Below are positions 1-9,935 of a stretch of DNA of 60,719 nucleotides, piece after piece (the first letter of the stretch is position 1; the number at the start of each line of letters is the position of its first letter). This DNA comes from Bacteroidales bacterium. GTDB taxonomy: Bacteria > Bacteroidota > Bacteroidia > Bacteroidales > WCHB1-69. The notes beneath the pieces are model-generated. The model did no database searches. It saw only the letters and a program-made list of their open reading frames with translations, and had not been told where the DNA came from. The position numbers and the translations under genes are program-made. The stretch is taken from NCBI GenBank assembly GCA_017613015.1, contig JAGAEQ010000005.1, positions 1 through 60,719 of the forward strand, in the 5' to 3' direction.

Positions 1-309
1 CCCGATTTCATTCTGACCAACTGCCCGGGCTGCAATATGTTCTTAGACCGTTGGCAGTACACCATTGCGGAAATGGAACACAAGACCTACGATGCGGAGG
101 GCAAGGGCATTCCGGTGCTTTCGCACGAGGAGCTGGCCGCGCTGCTGATGGGCTACGACCCGTGGGACATCGGCCTGCAGATGCATCAGGTGCAGGTTGA
201 AAGCCTGTTAGACAAAATAGGGGTGAAATATGATCCTGAAGGAAAATACAGGGATGCTTCCGGCAAGCCGCTGACTCCGCCGGAAAGACCGAATTGTCTG
301 ATTGTATAA
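1..309 (+). CDS. hdrB: Heterodisulfide reductase subunit B-like (CCG domain) protein, C-terminal fragment (5' partial)
   Basis: Frame is open from base 1: PDFILTNCPGCNMFLDRWQ...IPVLSHEELAALLMG. The T-x-C-P-x-C plus 'D..Q' plus 'IPV....L..L..G' pattern is typical of the C-terminal CCG motif of HdrB. Confidence 0.7.
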   Translation, partial: PDFILTNCPGCNMFLDRWQYTIAEMEHKTYDAEGKGIPVLSHEELAALLMGYDPWDIGLQMHQVQVESLLDKIGVKYDPEGKYRDASGKPLTPPERPNCLIV

Positions 310-320
310 ATAAAGCGGAT

Positions 321-1322
321 ATGCAGAAACCAAACATCGCCGTCATTACCGGCGGCCATTCCGGAGAATATGAAATTGCCGTGCAGAGCGGCGAAAACAT
401 TTATGCGCAGCTTGACAAGGCGCGTTTCAACGTTTTTCTCATTCTGATGAAAGGGAACAGTTGGAGCTATCGCCGCGAAACGGGCGAGACCGTCGAGGTG
501 GACAAGAACGATTTCAGCCTGCCGCTGCCGCAGGGGCGCGTCCGCTTCGATGCGGTGTTTATCGCCATCCACGGCACGCCGGGCGAGAACGGTAAGCTGC
601 AAGGCTATTTCGACATGCTCGGTATCCCTTACGTGGGCTGCAAGGCGGACATTTCCGCACTGACCTTCAACAAACATCTGTGCAATACCTATTTGAAAGC
701 ATACGACGTGCGCATGACCGATGCCGTGCACCTGTACCGTCACGAAAAGGCGGACCCGGACGCACTGATTGCCTGTTTGGGCCTGCCCTGTTTTGTGAAG
801 CCTTGCGGATCCGGCTCCAGCGTGGGGGTCACCAAGGTGAAACGGGCGGAGGATTTGCAGGCGGCCATGGAGGAGGCCTTTGTCTACGACGAGGAGCTTT
901 TGGTGGAGCGTTTTGTCCCGGGCCGGGAACTGGCTTGCGGCGTGGTGGCGCTGAACCGTCAGCCGCAGGTGATTGCCATCACGGAAATCTGTCCGAAGAA
1001 GGACTTTTTTGATTACGAAGCCAAGTATCAGTCCGGACTTTCCGATGAAATCACGCCTGCGGACATCCCTGCCGCGCTGCAGAAACAGTGTGAGGAGGAA
1101 TCCCTGCGCATATACAAGGCCTTGGGTTGCAGCGGCATCGTCCGCATCGACTACATCGCCAACGAAACCGGGCTGTATTTCATTGAGGTGAACACCATCC
1201 CCGGACAGACTTCCGGCAGCATCGTGCCAAAGCAGCTGGCCTACAGGGGCTGGAGTTTCAGCGAACTCTGCACCAAATTGTTGGAGGAAACCTTGGCGCA
1301 GCCGTCCCCGGGTGGAAAGTGA
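321..1322 (+). CDS. ddl: D-alanine--D-alanine ligase
   Basis: Motifs GGHSGEYE, IHGTPGENG, GSGSSVG, FFDYEAKY and EVNTIPG. ATG at 321 preferred over the upstream TTG. Confidence 0.95.
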   Translation: MQKPNIAVITGGHSGEYEIAVQSGENIYAQLDKARFNVFLILMKGNSWSYRRETGETVEVDKNDFSLPLPQGRVRFDAVFIAIHGTPGENGKLQGYFDMLGIPYVGCKADISALTFNKHLCNTYLKAYDVRMTDAVHLYRHEKADPDALIACLGLPCFVKPCGSGSSVGVTKVKRAEDLQAAMEEAFVYDEELLVERFVPGRELACGVVALNRQPQVIAITEICPKKDFFDYEAKYQSGLSDEITPADIPAALQKQCEEESLRIYKALGCSGIVRIDYIANETGLYFIEVNTIPGQTSGSIVPKQLAYRGWSFSELCTKLLEETLAQPSPGGK

Positions 1323-1385
1323 GGGGCCGTGAAAACAGAAGAACCGACTATTTAACTATTCATTAACGATATAATACTGTTTAAA

Positions 1386-2390
1386 ATGGAATTACTGCAA
1401 CAAATTCGGGAAAACGCCCGAAAAGCCAACAAACGCATCGTGTTGGCGGAAGGAATGGAAGAACGGACTTTGAAAGCCGCTGACATTATTTTATCCGAGA
1501 AACTGGCCCGCATCGTGCTGCTGGGCAATCCGGACACCATTCACGCCAAGGCGAAGGAATGGGGCCTGACCCACATCGGGGAGGCGGAAATCATTGATCC
1601 GGAGAACAACCCCAAGGCGGATTTTTACGCCAACATGCTGTACGAGCTGCGCAAAGCCAAAGGCGTGGACATGGAGAAAGCCGCCAAATTGGTGAAAGAC
1701 CCGCTGTATCTGGCCACGCTGCTGATTAAGAACGGGGATGTGGACGGTGAGGTGGCCGGTGCCATGAACGCTACCGGCGATGTGCTGCGTCCCGCCTTCC
1801 AGATTGTGAAGACCTTGCCGGGCATCAGTGTGGTTTCCGGTGCTTTCATCATGGTGATGAAGGACAAACAATGGGGTGACAATGGAATCATGGTCTTTGC
1901 CGACTGCGCTGCCGACCCCAACACCGATGAGAACAAGCTGGCCCAGATTGCCGTGGTGACCGCTCAGACCGCCCGCGCCATTGCCGGCATAGAGCCGCGT
2001 GTGGCCATGCTGAGCTTCTCCACCAAGGGCAGCGCCAAGCATGAGCTGGTGGACAAAGTGGTCAATGCCACCCGCATCGCCAAGGAAATGGATCCTTCCT
2101 TAGTGATTGACGGCGAATTGCAGGCCGATGCCGCCATCGTCGAGAAGGTGGGCGCCTCCAAGGCTCCGGGAAGCCCCGTGGCCGGAAAAGCCAATGCGTT
2201 GGTTTTCCCGTCCTTGGAAGTCGGAAACATCGCCTACAAGTTAGTGCAGCGTCTGGCCGGCGCCGAGGCTGTCGGTCCGGTGATGCAGGGCATGGCCGCG
2301 CCTATCAACGACTTGTCCCGCGGCTGCTCCGTGGAGGATATTGTGAACGTGGTAGCTATCACCGCTAACCAGGCGGCTGCCAAAAAGTAA
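1386..2390 (+). CDS. pta: Phosphate acetyltransferase
   Basis: Motifs RIVLAEG, FADCA, SFSTKGSA, DGELQADAA, GNIAYK and NDLSRG. Confidence 0.96.
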   Translation: MELLQQIRENARKANKRIVLAEGMEERTLKAADIILSEKLARIVLLGNPDTIHAKAKEWGLTHIGEAEIIDPENNPKADFYANMLYELRKAKGVDMEKAAKLVKDPLYLATLLIKNGDVDGEVAGAMNATGDVLRPAFQIVKTLPGISVVSGAFIMVMKDKQWGDNGIMVFADCAADPNTDENKLAQIAVVTAQTARAIAGIEPRVAMLSFSTKGSAKHELVDKVVNATRIAKEMDPSLVIDGELQADAAIVEKVGASKAPGSPVAGKANALVFPSLEVGNIAYKLVQRLAGAEAVGPVMQGMAAPINDLSRGCSVEDIVNVVAITANQAAAKK

Positions 2391-2399
2391 GGGCGGTGC

Positions 2400-3083
2400 A
2401 TGGAAATCCGTCCGATTGCACACATCCGCACCCCTTTCCCGACGAAGTTCGGCATTCCGCGCCAAAGCGGTTTGGTGTCCGGTGCGGAGGCGGTGGTCGT
2501 GATGGAAGCGGACTATCGCATACGGGAGGCCTTCAGGGGACTGGAGGCCTTTTCCCATTTGTGGCTGCTGTGGGCTTTTTCGGAAACGGAGACGGCGCAA
2601 TGGTCCCCGACGGTGCGTCCGCCGCGTCTGGGCGGAAACTCCCGCATGGGGGTGTTCGCCACCCGTTCCCCTTTTCGTCCCAATGCTTTGGGCCTGTCGT
2701 CCGTCGCCTTGGAAAGGGTGGAGTGGGAGAGTCCGCAAGGGCCGCTGCTGCATGTCCGGGGCGCCGATCTGATGGACGGCACGCCGATTTACGACATCAA
2801 GCCCTACCTGCCCTTTACCGACAGCCATCCTGAGGCTTCCGCCGGTTTCGCCGCCGCGCAGTTCTCCCGTGCTTTGGAGGTGGAGATTCCCGAGCGCTGG
2901 CTGCGGCAGATTCCGGAGCGGCACCGCCGGACGGTGGCGGAGCTGTTGGCGCAGGATCCCCGTCCGTCCTACCACCAGGACGGGGAAAGGGTGTACGGTT
3001 TCCCTTACGCCGGTATGGAAATCCGCTTCCGGGTGGAGAACCAGAAGGCGGTGGTGGTGGAAGTGCTGGAAAATAAAATGTAG
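2400..3083 (+). CDS. trmO: tRNA (N6-threonylcarbamoyladenosine(37)-N6)-methyltransferase TrmO/TsaA
   Basis: Motifs KFGIPRQ, VRPPRLGGN, GVFATRSPFRPN, DGTPIYDIKPY and QDPRPSY. Confidence 0.92.
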   Translation: MEIRPIAHIRTPFPTKFGIPRQSGLVSGAEAVVVMEADYRIREAFRGLEAFSHLWLLWAFSETETAQWSPTVRPPRLGGNSRMGVFATRSPFRPNALGLSSVALERVEWESPQGPLLHVRGADLMDGTPIYDIKPYLPFTDSHPEASAGFAAAQFSRALEVEIPERWLRQIPERHRRTVAELLAQDPRPSYHQDGERVYGFPYAGMEIRFRVENQKAVVVEVLENKM

Positions 3084-3104
3084 AACAGAATAAAACAATA
3101 CATT

Positions 3105-4064
3105 ATGGAAACAAAACAAACGTATACCGTTGGCATTGACATCGGAGGGACCAATACGGATTTCGGCTTCGTGGACTCCCAAGGGAAAATTGTGCAGCGG
3201 GGCCGCCTGAAAATGGCGGATTACAATGAGGTGGAACCCTATGTGAAGGCTTTGTCGGAGCGGCTGCTGCAAATGGCGGACGGCTTGCGGGGAGGCATAG
3301 ATGCTATCGGCATAGGCGCGCCCAACGGCAATTTCTACACCTCCTGCATAGAGCATGCGCCCAATTTGAAGTTCAAGGGCATTGTCCCCTTGAAGGACAT
3401 GATACAGCAGTACATTCCGGTGCCTGTGACCCTTTCCAACGACGCCAACGCCGCCGCTTACGGCGAATTGGTGTACGGCGGGGCCAAAGGCATGAAGGAC
3501 ATGACCATGTTCACCCTGGGGACAGGAGTGGGCAGCGGTGTCATTGTGGACGGTCGTCTGGTGCACGGCTTCACCGGTTGCGCCGGAGAGCTGGGCCACG
3601 CGGTGCTGATTCCGGAAGGCCGCCTGTGCAGCTGCGGCCGCCGGGGCTGTCTGGAGGAGTACGCTTCCGCCCGGGGCATCTGCCAGACCTTTGAGGAATT
3701 GCGGGCGCAGAACCCTGCTTATCAGGGCGTGTTGGCGGAGGTGCCTTTCGCCGAGCTGGATCCCAAGCGGATTGCGGACGCGGCGCACGCCGGAGACGCT
3801 CTCGCCTTGCAGACCTATGAGCGCACTGCTTATCTGTTGGGCATCGCTTGCGCCAATGCCGTCGCGTTTTCCTCGCCCGAGGCCATTTTCCTGATGGGCG
3901 GGCCGGTGCAGGCGGGCAGCATATTGTTCGAGCCGCTGAAACGCTCCTTCGAAGCCCATCTGTATGTCTCTTTCAAGGGCCGGACGCAAATCCGCCTTTC
4001 GGAAATGAACGCTAATGACGTGGCTATCCTTGGTGCGGCGGCGCTGACCAAGATGCCGCGTTAA
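3105..4064 (+). CDS. ROK family sugar kinase (glucokinase)
   Basis: Motifs GIDIGGT, NDANAAA, TLGTGVGSG, GELGH and the CSCGRRGCLE zinc motif. Confidence 0.92.
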   Translation: METKQTYTVGIDIGGTNTDFGFVDSQGKIVQRGRLKMADYNEVEPYVKALSERLLQMADGLRGGIDAIGIGAPNGNFYTSCIEHAPNLKFKGIVPLKDMIQQYIPVPVTLSNDANAAAYGELVYGGAKGMKDMTMFTLGTGVGSGVIVDGRLVHGFTGCAGELGHAVLIPEGRLCSCGRRGCLEEYASARGICQTFEELRAQNPAYQGVLAEVPFAELDPKRIADAAHAGDALALQTYERTAYLLGIACANAVAFSSPEAIFLMGGPVQAGSILFEPLKRSFEAHLYVSFKGRTQIRLSEMNANDVAILGAAALTKMPR

Positions 4065-4065
4065 G

Positions 4066-4743
4066 TCAGTGGAGCCGGAAGGGGTTGCGGGTTTCAAAAC
4101 GCAGGTCCTTCCCATTGAGGGGGTGGCGGAAGCACAGCCGGAAGGCGTGCAGGCAAAGGCGGCCTTCAGGATCGCTGCCGTCCCCGTATTTGCGGTCTCC
4201 GGCGACAGGGAAGCCGATGTCCTGCAAGTGGACGCGGATTTGGTTCTTGCGGCCGGTGTCCAGGCGAAGCTCCACCATGGAGTATGCCTCGCCCACTTCT
4301 AAGGTTCGGAAGTGGGTGACCGCGTATTTTCCCCCGTTGTCGTAAGGGGAGGAGTAGGTGACGAACTGCCGGTTGTCTTTCAGCCAGGAGGTGATGGTCC
4401 CTTCCTTTTCCGTCATGCGGCCGTGCACAAGGGCGATGTAGCGCCTGTCGTACACGCGTTCTTTCCAGTTGTCCTCGAACAGCAGCGCGATTTTTTTGCT
4501 TTTGGCGAACAGCAGCAGTCCGGAGGTGTCCCTGTCCAAACGGTGGACGGTGTGGGCACGCGCCCGCTGCCTGCTCTGCTCGAAATAGGCGTTCAGAACG
4601 GTTTGTACGCTTTGTTTTCCCGGGTCCGGGCTTTGGGTGAGCAGCCCGCAAGGCTTGTCCACCACCACCAAGGCGGTGTCCTCATACAGTATCTCCATTT
4701 CCGGACTTTTGCGGTGTCCGGTATGTGCAGGTGTTTTTCTCAT
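4066..4743 (-). CDS. RluA family pseudouridine synthase (no S4 domain)
   Basis: Motifs VVDKPCG, HRLDRDTSG, TGRKNQIRVH, GDRKYG and LCLHA. Start is uncertain (4785, 4743 or 4698). Confidence 0.9.
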   Translation of the reverse strand: MRKTPAHTGHRKSPEMEILYEDTALVVVDKPCGLLTQSPDPGKQSVQTVLNAYFEQSRQRARAHTVHRLDRDTSGLLLFAKSKKIALLFEDNWKERVYDRRYIALVHGRMTEKEGTITSWLKDNRQFVTYSSPYDNGGKYAVTHFRTLEVGEAYSMVELRLDTGRKNQIRVHLQDIGFPVAGDRKYGDGSDPEGRLCLHAFRLCFRHPLNGKDLRFETRNPFRLH

Positions 4744-4810
4744 ACCTTTCCAACGGAAAAAATGCCGATATATTTTCCCGGCCACTGATGTTTGGTATTT
4801 GCTTTTTGAT

Positions 4811-4818
4811 TAATTTTG
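4811..4818 (+). promoter_or_regulatory. Bacteroidota -7 promoter box (TAATTTTG)
   Basis: Matches TAnnTTTG about 30 nt upstream of the lipid kinase ATG. Confidence 0.6.
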
Positions 4819-4845
4819 CAATTTACGGGTCATTGCAGCAGCTAT

Positions 4846-5742
4846 ATGAAGAAAAAGAAAGTCTTGTTCATCATCAATCCGAAATCGGGGACGGGCCGGT
4901 ACAGGAAAGTCCCTTCCCGCATCGAGGCGTTTCTGGACAAGGAGTCTTTTGACTATGAGCTTTGCTACACCCGTTACGGAGGGCATGCCACGGAACTGGC
5001 GCGCAAGGCGGTGGAGGATCATACGGACATGGTGGTCTCCGTCGGAGGGGACGGGACGCTGAACGAGGTGATCCGGGCCTTGGCCGGCACGCAGACCGCA
5101 TTAGGCATTCTTCCCACCGGTTCCGGCAACGGACTGGCGCATCATCTGCATATCCCCTTTAAAATCAAGAAAGCCGTGCGTCTGTTGAACGAAGGCTGCA
5201 TTGAAAACATTGACACGGTTTCCCTGAACGGCCAGGTGTATGCCAGCATCGCCGGGGTGGGTTTCGACGCCTTTGTGGCGGAAAAGTACCGTCATACCGC
5301 GCACCGGGGCTTTTTCCCCTACCTTCGTCTGGTGATCTCGAACTATTTCCGTTACCAGCCCCGGACCTATGTGATGGAAGGGGATGGGGAGACCCATACC
5401 GTGAAGGCTTTGCTGATTTCCTTCGCCAATTCCTCCCAGTGGGGCTATGACGTGAAGATTTCGCCCAAGGCTTCCGTGCAGGACGGCGTGGTTGATGTGA
5501 TGGCGGTGCGCAAACCTCCGCTGTACGCGCTGCCGCGCATTGTGCTGTTCCTCCTTTCCGGAAATTTGGACCGCATTACAAAGTACGTGAAAATCTATAA
5601 AATACAACAATTCAAACTCAAGGCGGCGGAAGGGGCCGAGCTGTACACCCACCTGGACGGGGATTTCATGGGCATGCAGCGGGAAGTGGAGGTGAAAGTG
5701 CTTCCGATGTCCTTGCGAATCGCCTTGAAACGAACCATTTAA
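4846..5742 (+). CDS. Diacylglycerol kinase family (YegS/BmrU) lipid kinase
   Basis: Motifs INPKSG, GGDGTLNEV, PTGSGNGLA, GVGFDA and HLDGD. Confidence 0.92.
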   Translation: MKKKKVLFIINPKSGTGRYRKVPSRIEAFLDKESFDYELCYTRYGGHATELARKAVEDHTDMVVSVGGDGTLNEVIRALAGTQTALGILPTGSGNGLAHHLHIPFKIKKAVRLLNEGCIENIDTVSLNGQVYASIAGVGFDAFVAEKYRHTAHRGFFPYLRLVISNYFRYQPRTYVMEGDGETHTVKALLISFANSSQWGYDVKISPKASVQDGVVDVMAVRKPPLYALPRIVLFLLSGNLDRITKYVKIYKIQQFKLKAAEGAELYTHLDGDFMGMQREVEVKVLPMSLRIALKRTI

Positions 5743-5752
5743 ACCCATAGCC

Positions 5753-6577
5753 ATGAAACTACAACTGCGACGCCCTTTGGTGTTTTTTGATTTGGAGACG
5801 ACGGGAGTCAATATCGGAACGGACCGGATTGTGGAGATTAGCATGGTGAAAATCATGCCCGATCAGACGGAAATCGTGCGGACCCACAGGGTCAATCCCT
5901 GCCGCCACATTCCCATTGAGGCCTCCCGTATCCACGGCATTTACGACAAGGATGTGCAGAACGAACCGGATTTTAAGACCTTGGCTCCGGAAGTCGCCGC
6001 TTTTTTGAAGGACTGCGACCTGGCCGGGTACAACCTGCTGAAATTCGATGTGCCGCTGCTGATGGAGGAGTTCATGCGGGTGGATTTCGATTTCTCCCTG
6101 CGCGGGGTGAAAATCGTGGACGTGCAGAACATTTTCCACAAAATGGAGCCGAGAACCCTTTCGGCGGCCTACCGTTTCTACTGCGGGGAGCGTCTGGAGA
6201 ACGCCCACACCGCCGAGGCCGACACCATTGCCACCTTGCGCGTGCTGGAGGCGCAGCTGGACCGCTACAAGGACACGCCCTACATCGACAAGGACGAAGT
6301 GGAGAGCTTTCCCGTGGTCAATGACGTGGACAAGCTGGCCGCTTTCTCCACCGGCGGACGCAACGTGGATTTGGCCGGACACATTGTCTTGAACGACAAC
6401 GACGAAGAGGTTTTCGCCTTCGGAAAACACAAGGGGGAGACGGTGCGCAGCGTGTTCCGCAAGGAGCGCAACTACTACGACTGGATGATGAAGGCGGAGT
6501 TCCCGCTTTACACCAAAAAGGTCATCACCCAAATTTACGAGGCGGAGTACCTGAAAGATTTCGGAAAGATCATATAG
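5753..6577 (+). CDS. DEDDh 3'-5' exonuclease (DNA polymerase III epsilon-like)
   Basis: Motifs FFDLETTG, YNLLKFD and AHTAEAD, with a C-terminal FGKHKG. Confidence 0.9.
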   Translation: MKLQLRRPLVFFDLETTGVNIGTDRIVEISMVKIMPDQTEIVRTHRVNPCRHIPIEASRIHGIYDKDVQNEPDFKTLAPEVAAFLKDCDLAGYNLLKFDVPLLMEEFMRVDFDFSLRGVKIVDVQNIFHKMEPRTLSAAYRFYCGERLENAHTAEADTIATLRVLEAQLDRYKDTPYIDKDEVESFPVVNDVDKLAAFSTGGRNVDLAGHIVLNDNDEEVFAFGKHKGETVRSVFRKERNYYDWMMKAEFPLYTKKVITQIYEAEYLKDFGKII

Positions 6578-6579
6578 GC

Positions 6580-7734
6580 ATGGAGGAGAACCTTCTACAG
6601 CAGGATATCCCCGTTCCGGAAACGGAGGAAGAGTCCGGTCTTCGGACAACGGAGGAGGGCGAGGCACTTTACGAGCATTTCCACATTGTGGTGAATGCCG
6701 GGCAGGAGCCTTTGCGCATTGACCGCTTCCTGACCAGCCGCATCCGCAACGTGTCGCGCAACAAAGTGCAGCAGGCCTTGCGTGCCGACAACATTTTGGT
6801 GAACGGCAAGCCGGTGCGGCCCAACTACCAGGTGCGCCCTTCGGACGAGGTTTCCGTGGTCATGGCCGAGCCGCCGCGGGATTCGGAGATTCTTCCGGAA
6901 AACATTCCCATTCAGAAAGTGTATGAGGATGCGGACATTATGGTGGTGAACAAGAAAGCCGGCATGGTGGTGCATCCCGCCTACGGGAATTACACCGGCA
7001 CCTTGGTGAACGCGCTTTGCTACGATTTGGGCGGCCGTCCGGGTGAGGTGCGTCCGGAGCACATTCCTTACCTGGTGCACCGTATTGACAAGGACACTTC
7101 CGGCATTCTGCTGGTGGCGAAGAACGAGACTGCGCAGGCCCGCCTGGCGCATGATTTCTTTGTGCACAACATCGACCGGAGGTACTATGCGTTGGTCTGG
7201 GGCGATTTCGACGAGGACGAGGGCACGATTGACGCGCCTTTGGCCCGTTCCGCCGCCGACCGCCGCGTGATGGAGGTCAGCAAGGACCCCTACATGGGCA
7301 AACGGGCCGTCACCCATTGGAAAGTGGTGGAGCGTTTCGGTTATGTCACGCTGATAGAGTGCCGTTTGGAGACGGGGCGCACCCATCAGATCCGCGCCCA
7401 CATGCGTTCCATAGGGCACCCCCTGTTCAACGACGCCATGTACGGCGGCAACCGCGTGCTGAAAGGCACGATTTTCTCGAAATACAAGCAGTTCGTGCAC
7501 AATTGCTTCGAAATCCTTCCGCGTCAGGCGCTGCATGCGAAATGCCTGGGCTTCACGCATCCGGTGAGCGGGGAACGCCTCTTTTTCGATTCTGAGCTGC
7601 CGGAGGATATGGCCTCCACCCTTGAAAAATGGCGCAATTACGCCTATCACAAAGTGTATGAAGAGGATGTCGCCACGCTTTCCCGCGCCGAGCTGGACGA
7701 GCGGGCCCAACTTATGTCAAACAAATACAAATAG
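6580..7734 (+). CDS. rluD: RluA family 23S rRNA pseudouridine synthase with S4 domain (RluD-like)
   Basis: S4 domain (RIDRFL...SRNKVQ), then NKKAGMVVHP, HRIDKDTSG, TGRTHQIR and QALHA. Confidence 0.88.
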   Translation: MEENLLQQDIPVPETEEESGLRTTEEGEALYEHFHIVVNAGQEPLRIDRFLTSRIRNVSRNKVQQALRADNILVNGKPVRPNYQVRPSDEVSVVMAEPPRDSEILPENIPIQKVYEDADIMVVNKKAGMVVHPAYGNYTGTLVNALCYDLGGRPGEVRPEHIPYLVHRIDKDTSGILLVAKNETAQARLAHDFFVHNIDRRYYALVWGDFDEDEGTIDAPLARSAADRRVMEVSKDPYMGKRAVTHWKVVERFGYVTLIECRLETGRTHQIRAHMRSIGHPLFNDAMYGGNRVLKGTIFSKYKQFVHNCFEILPRQALHAKCLGFTHPVSGERLFFDSELPEDMASTLEKWRNYAYHKVYEEDVATLSRAELDERAQLMSNKYK

Positions 7735-7741
7735 CAATCGT

Positions 7742-8827
7742 ATGAAAAAACATCTTATGCAACTGCTGGCAGGCGTGCTTTTCCTGTTCGGTGCGCAGGC
7801 CGTCACCGCGAAACCCTCTTTGGTGGGCGTGCTGAAAAACGCCAGGGACACCCGCAGCGTGGCGCTGTATTCCGCCACAGACAAAAACCAGAAAGCCCCC
7901 CTCGAAGTGTCGGTGGTGGATTCGGCGGGTAATTTTGTCTTCAATTACCGTCCCAAGGCCATGGGCTATTTCACTTTGCAGTTTGAAAACGCCAAAAGCG
8001 TGCTCTGCGTGCTGAAACCGGGAACCACGGTTTACCTGACCATAGACGCACGCACCGGCATGCTGCTGAAAACGGCCAATTCCGACGAGAACACCCTGAT
8101 GCTGAACTACCAGCAGCGGCTGATTGATTTGGACAAGCGGAAAGACCGCATCGTGAAGGCGCACAACAAGAAGGAGAATCCGAATTTCCAAACGGAAATG
8201 CAGCAGCTGGAGGCCGACCGCAAGGCCTATATCGTGGAGCTGTGCGAGAACAACTTGGGCAACTACGCCACCGCCGCACTGCTGGAGTACCTGGAGGCGG
8301 ACGAGTACCAGGAGTTGTACGAGCAGGTGCTGACCCCGCTGCGGAAAAAGCACCCCAAGGACGCTTTTCTGGAACACAAGTACAATCAGCTGCAAACTTC
8401 GCTGAGCCTGAATCCGGGCAACCCCGCTCCGGATTTCACCCTGACCGACACCAACGGGGCGGAAGTGCGTCTTTCCGACTTCCGGGGAAAAGTGGTGCTG
8501 CTGGATTTCTGGGCCTCCTGGTGTCCCGACTGCCGCAGGGAAAATCCCTATGTGGTGCAATTATGCCGGACTTGGCATGCCAAAGGCTTGGAAATCATAG
8601 GAATTTCCTTGGACAATGACAAGGACCGCTGGCTGGCAGGCATGCGTGCGGACGGTTTGGACTGGACGCAGCTGAGTTCGTTGAAACGCTGGGAATGCCC
8701 GGTGCGCACGGCCTACAACATCCATTGGATTCCCACCCTCGTCCTGATTGACAAGGACGGACGCATCGCCGCCCGTGGAGTGAGCGTGGCGGAAGTGGAG
8801 GAGGCTGTCAAAAACCTGCTCAAATAA
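7742..8827 (+). CDS. Exported TlpA/ResA-family thiol:disulfide oxidoreductase (CPDC)
   Basis: Signal peptide MKKHLMQLLAGVLFLFGAQAVTA. C-terminal APDFTL...DFWASWCPDC...IP. Confidence 0.88.
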   Translation: MKKHLMQLLAGVLFLFGAQAVTAKPSLVGVLKNARDTRSVALYSATDKNQKAPLEVSVVDSAGNFVFNYRPKAMGYFTLQFENAKSVLCVLKPGTTVYLTIDARTGMLLKTANSDENTLMLNYQQRLIDLDKRKDRIVKAHNKKENPNFQTEMQQLEADRKAYIVELCENNLGNYATAALLEYLEADEYQELYEQVLTPLRKKHPKDAFLEHKYNQLQTSLSLNPGNPAPDFTLTDTNGAEVRLSDFRGKVVLLDFWASWCPDCRRENPYVVQLCRTWHAKGLEIIGISLDNDKDRWLAGMRADGLDWTQLSSLKRWECPVRTAYNIHWIPTLVLIDKDGRIAARGVSVAEVEEAVKNLLK

Positions 8828-8845
8828 ACACAGAAACGACCGACC

Positions 8846-9931
8846 ATGAAAAAAACATGCCTGATTTTGATGTGCCTGGCTTTCGCTTGCATCCTGTCGC
8901 AGGCGGCTCCGAAAAAAGTGACAATCAAAGGCACGGTTGTCAACTATACCGCCAACGACAGCGTGGAGCTGTATGACGCCCTCGGACGGCAGAAAAACGC
9001 GCTGGAGAAAGCTCCCGTGGAGAAAGGCCAGTTCAAGCTCCATTACAACCCTACGGAAATCGGGTATTATGTGCTGCGTTTCCCGACAGGGAAGAACGTC
9101 TTGGCCGTGCTGGTGCCCGACCGCACCTTGGAACTGACGGTGGACGCCCAGTCCGGAATGATCAGGGAAGCGAAAAACTCTCCGGAGAACCAGTTGCTGC
9201 ACACCTATCAGGAGTACCTGATGCAGCTTGAAAAGAAAAAGGACAGTCTGGTGCGTGCCCATCAGGAGACGCCCGACCCGGACATACAGCGGAAATTCCT
9301 CCGTTTGGAGGAGGAACGGGTGAACTACCTGGCTTCGCTCTGTCTCGGGCATGCCGACAATTATGCGACGGCGGCTTTGATGGAGAACCTCAAGTACGAT
9401 CAGGCCCCTGAGGTTTTTGACTCGGTTTTTACCTGCCTGTACCGCAAATACCCCAAAGACCCCTACATACAGTACCGGGTGTCGGAGGTGGAGAACAACA
9501 AATTCCTTTCGCCGGGTTCCGAAGCCCCTGATTTCACACTTGCCGACACCAATGGAGTGAAAGTCAGTTTGTCCGATTTTCGGGGCAAGGTAGTGGTGAT
9601 TGATTTCTGGGCTTCCTGGTGCCGTCCCTGCCGTCAGGAGAATCCTAACATGGTGCGTTTGTACAAGTCTTTTCATGACAAGGGTTTGGAAATTCTGGGC
9701 GTCTCGCTGGACAACGACCGCCGCAGTTGGATGGACGCCATTCACAAGGATGGCCTGTACTGGACGCAGATCAGTGATTTGAAGCAATGGGAGTGCGTGG
9801 TCGCCAGGCAGTACCGTGTATCCGGCATCCCTTTCACCGTGCTGATTGACCGGGACGGGAAAGTGGTTGCCAAGGGATTGCGCGGCAATGAGTTGCGCCA
9901 GCGGGTAGAAGCTTTGTTAAACCAAGAATAA
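8846..9931 (+). CDS. Exported TlpA/ResA-family thiol:disulfide oxidoreductase (CRPC), tandem paralog
   Basis: Signal peptide and DFWASWCRPC. Colinear similarity to the upstream gene along its whole length. Confidence 0.88.
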   Translation: MKKTCLILMCLAFACILSQAAPKKVTIKGTVVNYTANDSVELYDALGRQKNALEKAPVEKGQFKLHYNPTEIGYYVLRFPTGKNVLAVLVPDRTLELTVDAQSGMIREAKNSPENQLLHTYQEYLMQLEKKKDSLVRAHQETPDPDIQRKFLRLEEERVNYLASLCLGHADNYATAALMENLKYDQAPEVFDSVFTCLYRKYPKDPYIQYRVSEVENNKFLSPGSEAPDFTLADTNGVKVSLSDFRGKVVVIDFWASWCRPCRQENPNMVRLYKSFHDKGLEILGVSLDNDRRSWMDAIHKDGLYWTQISDLKQWECVVARQYRVSGIPFTVLIDRDGKVVAKGLRGNELRQRVEALLNQE

Positions 9932-9935
9932 GCTG

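Noticed and set aside
2241-4115. Long antisense or alternate-frame ORFs (e.g. 2241-4115, 12754-14814, 25903-27507, 30841-32625, 45702-47234)
   Set aside because: They are shadows of well-supported genes on the opposite strand. High GC at third codon positions suppresses stops, and the translations have no recognisable motifs.
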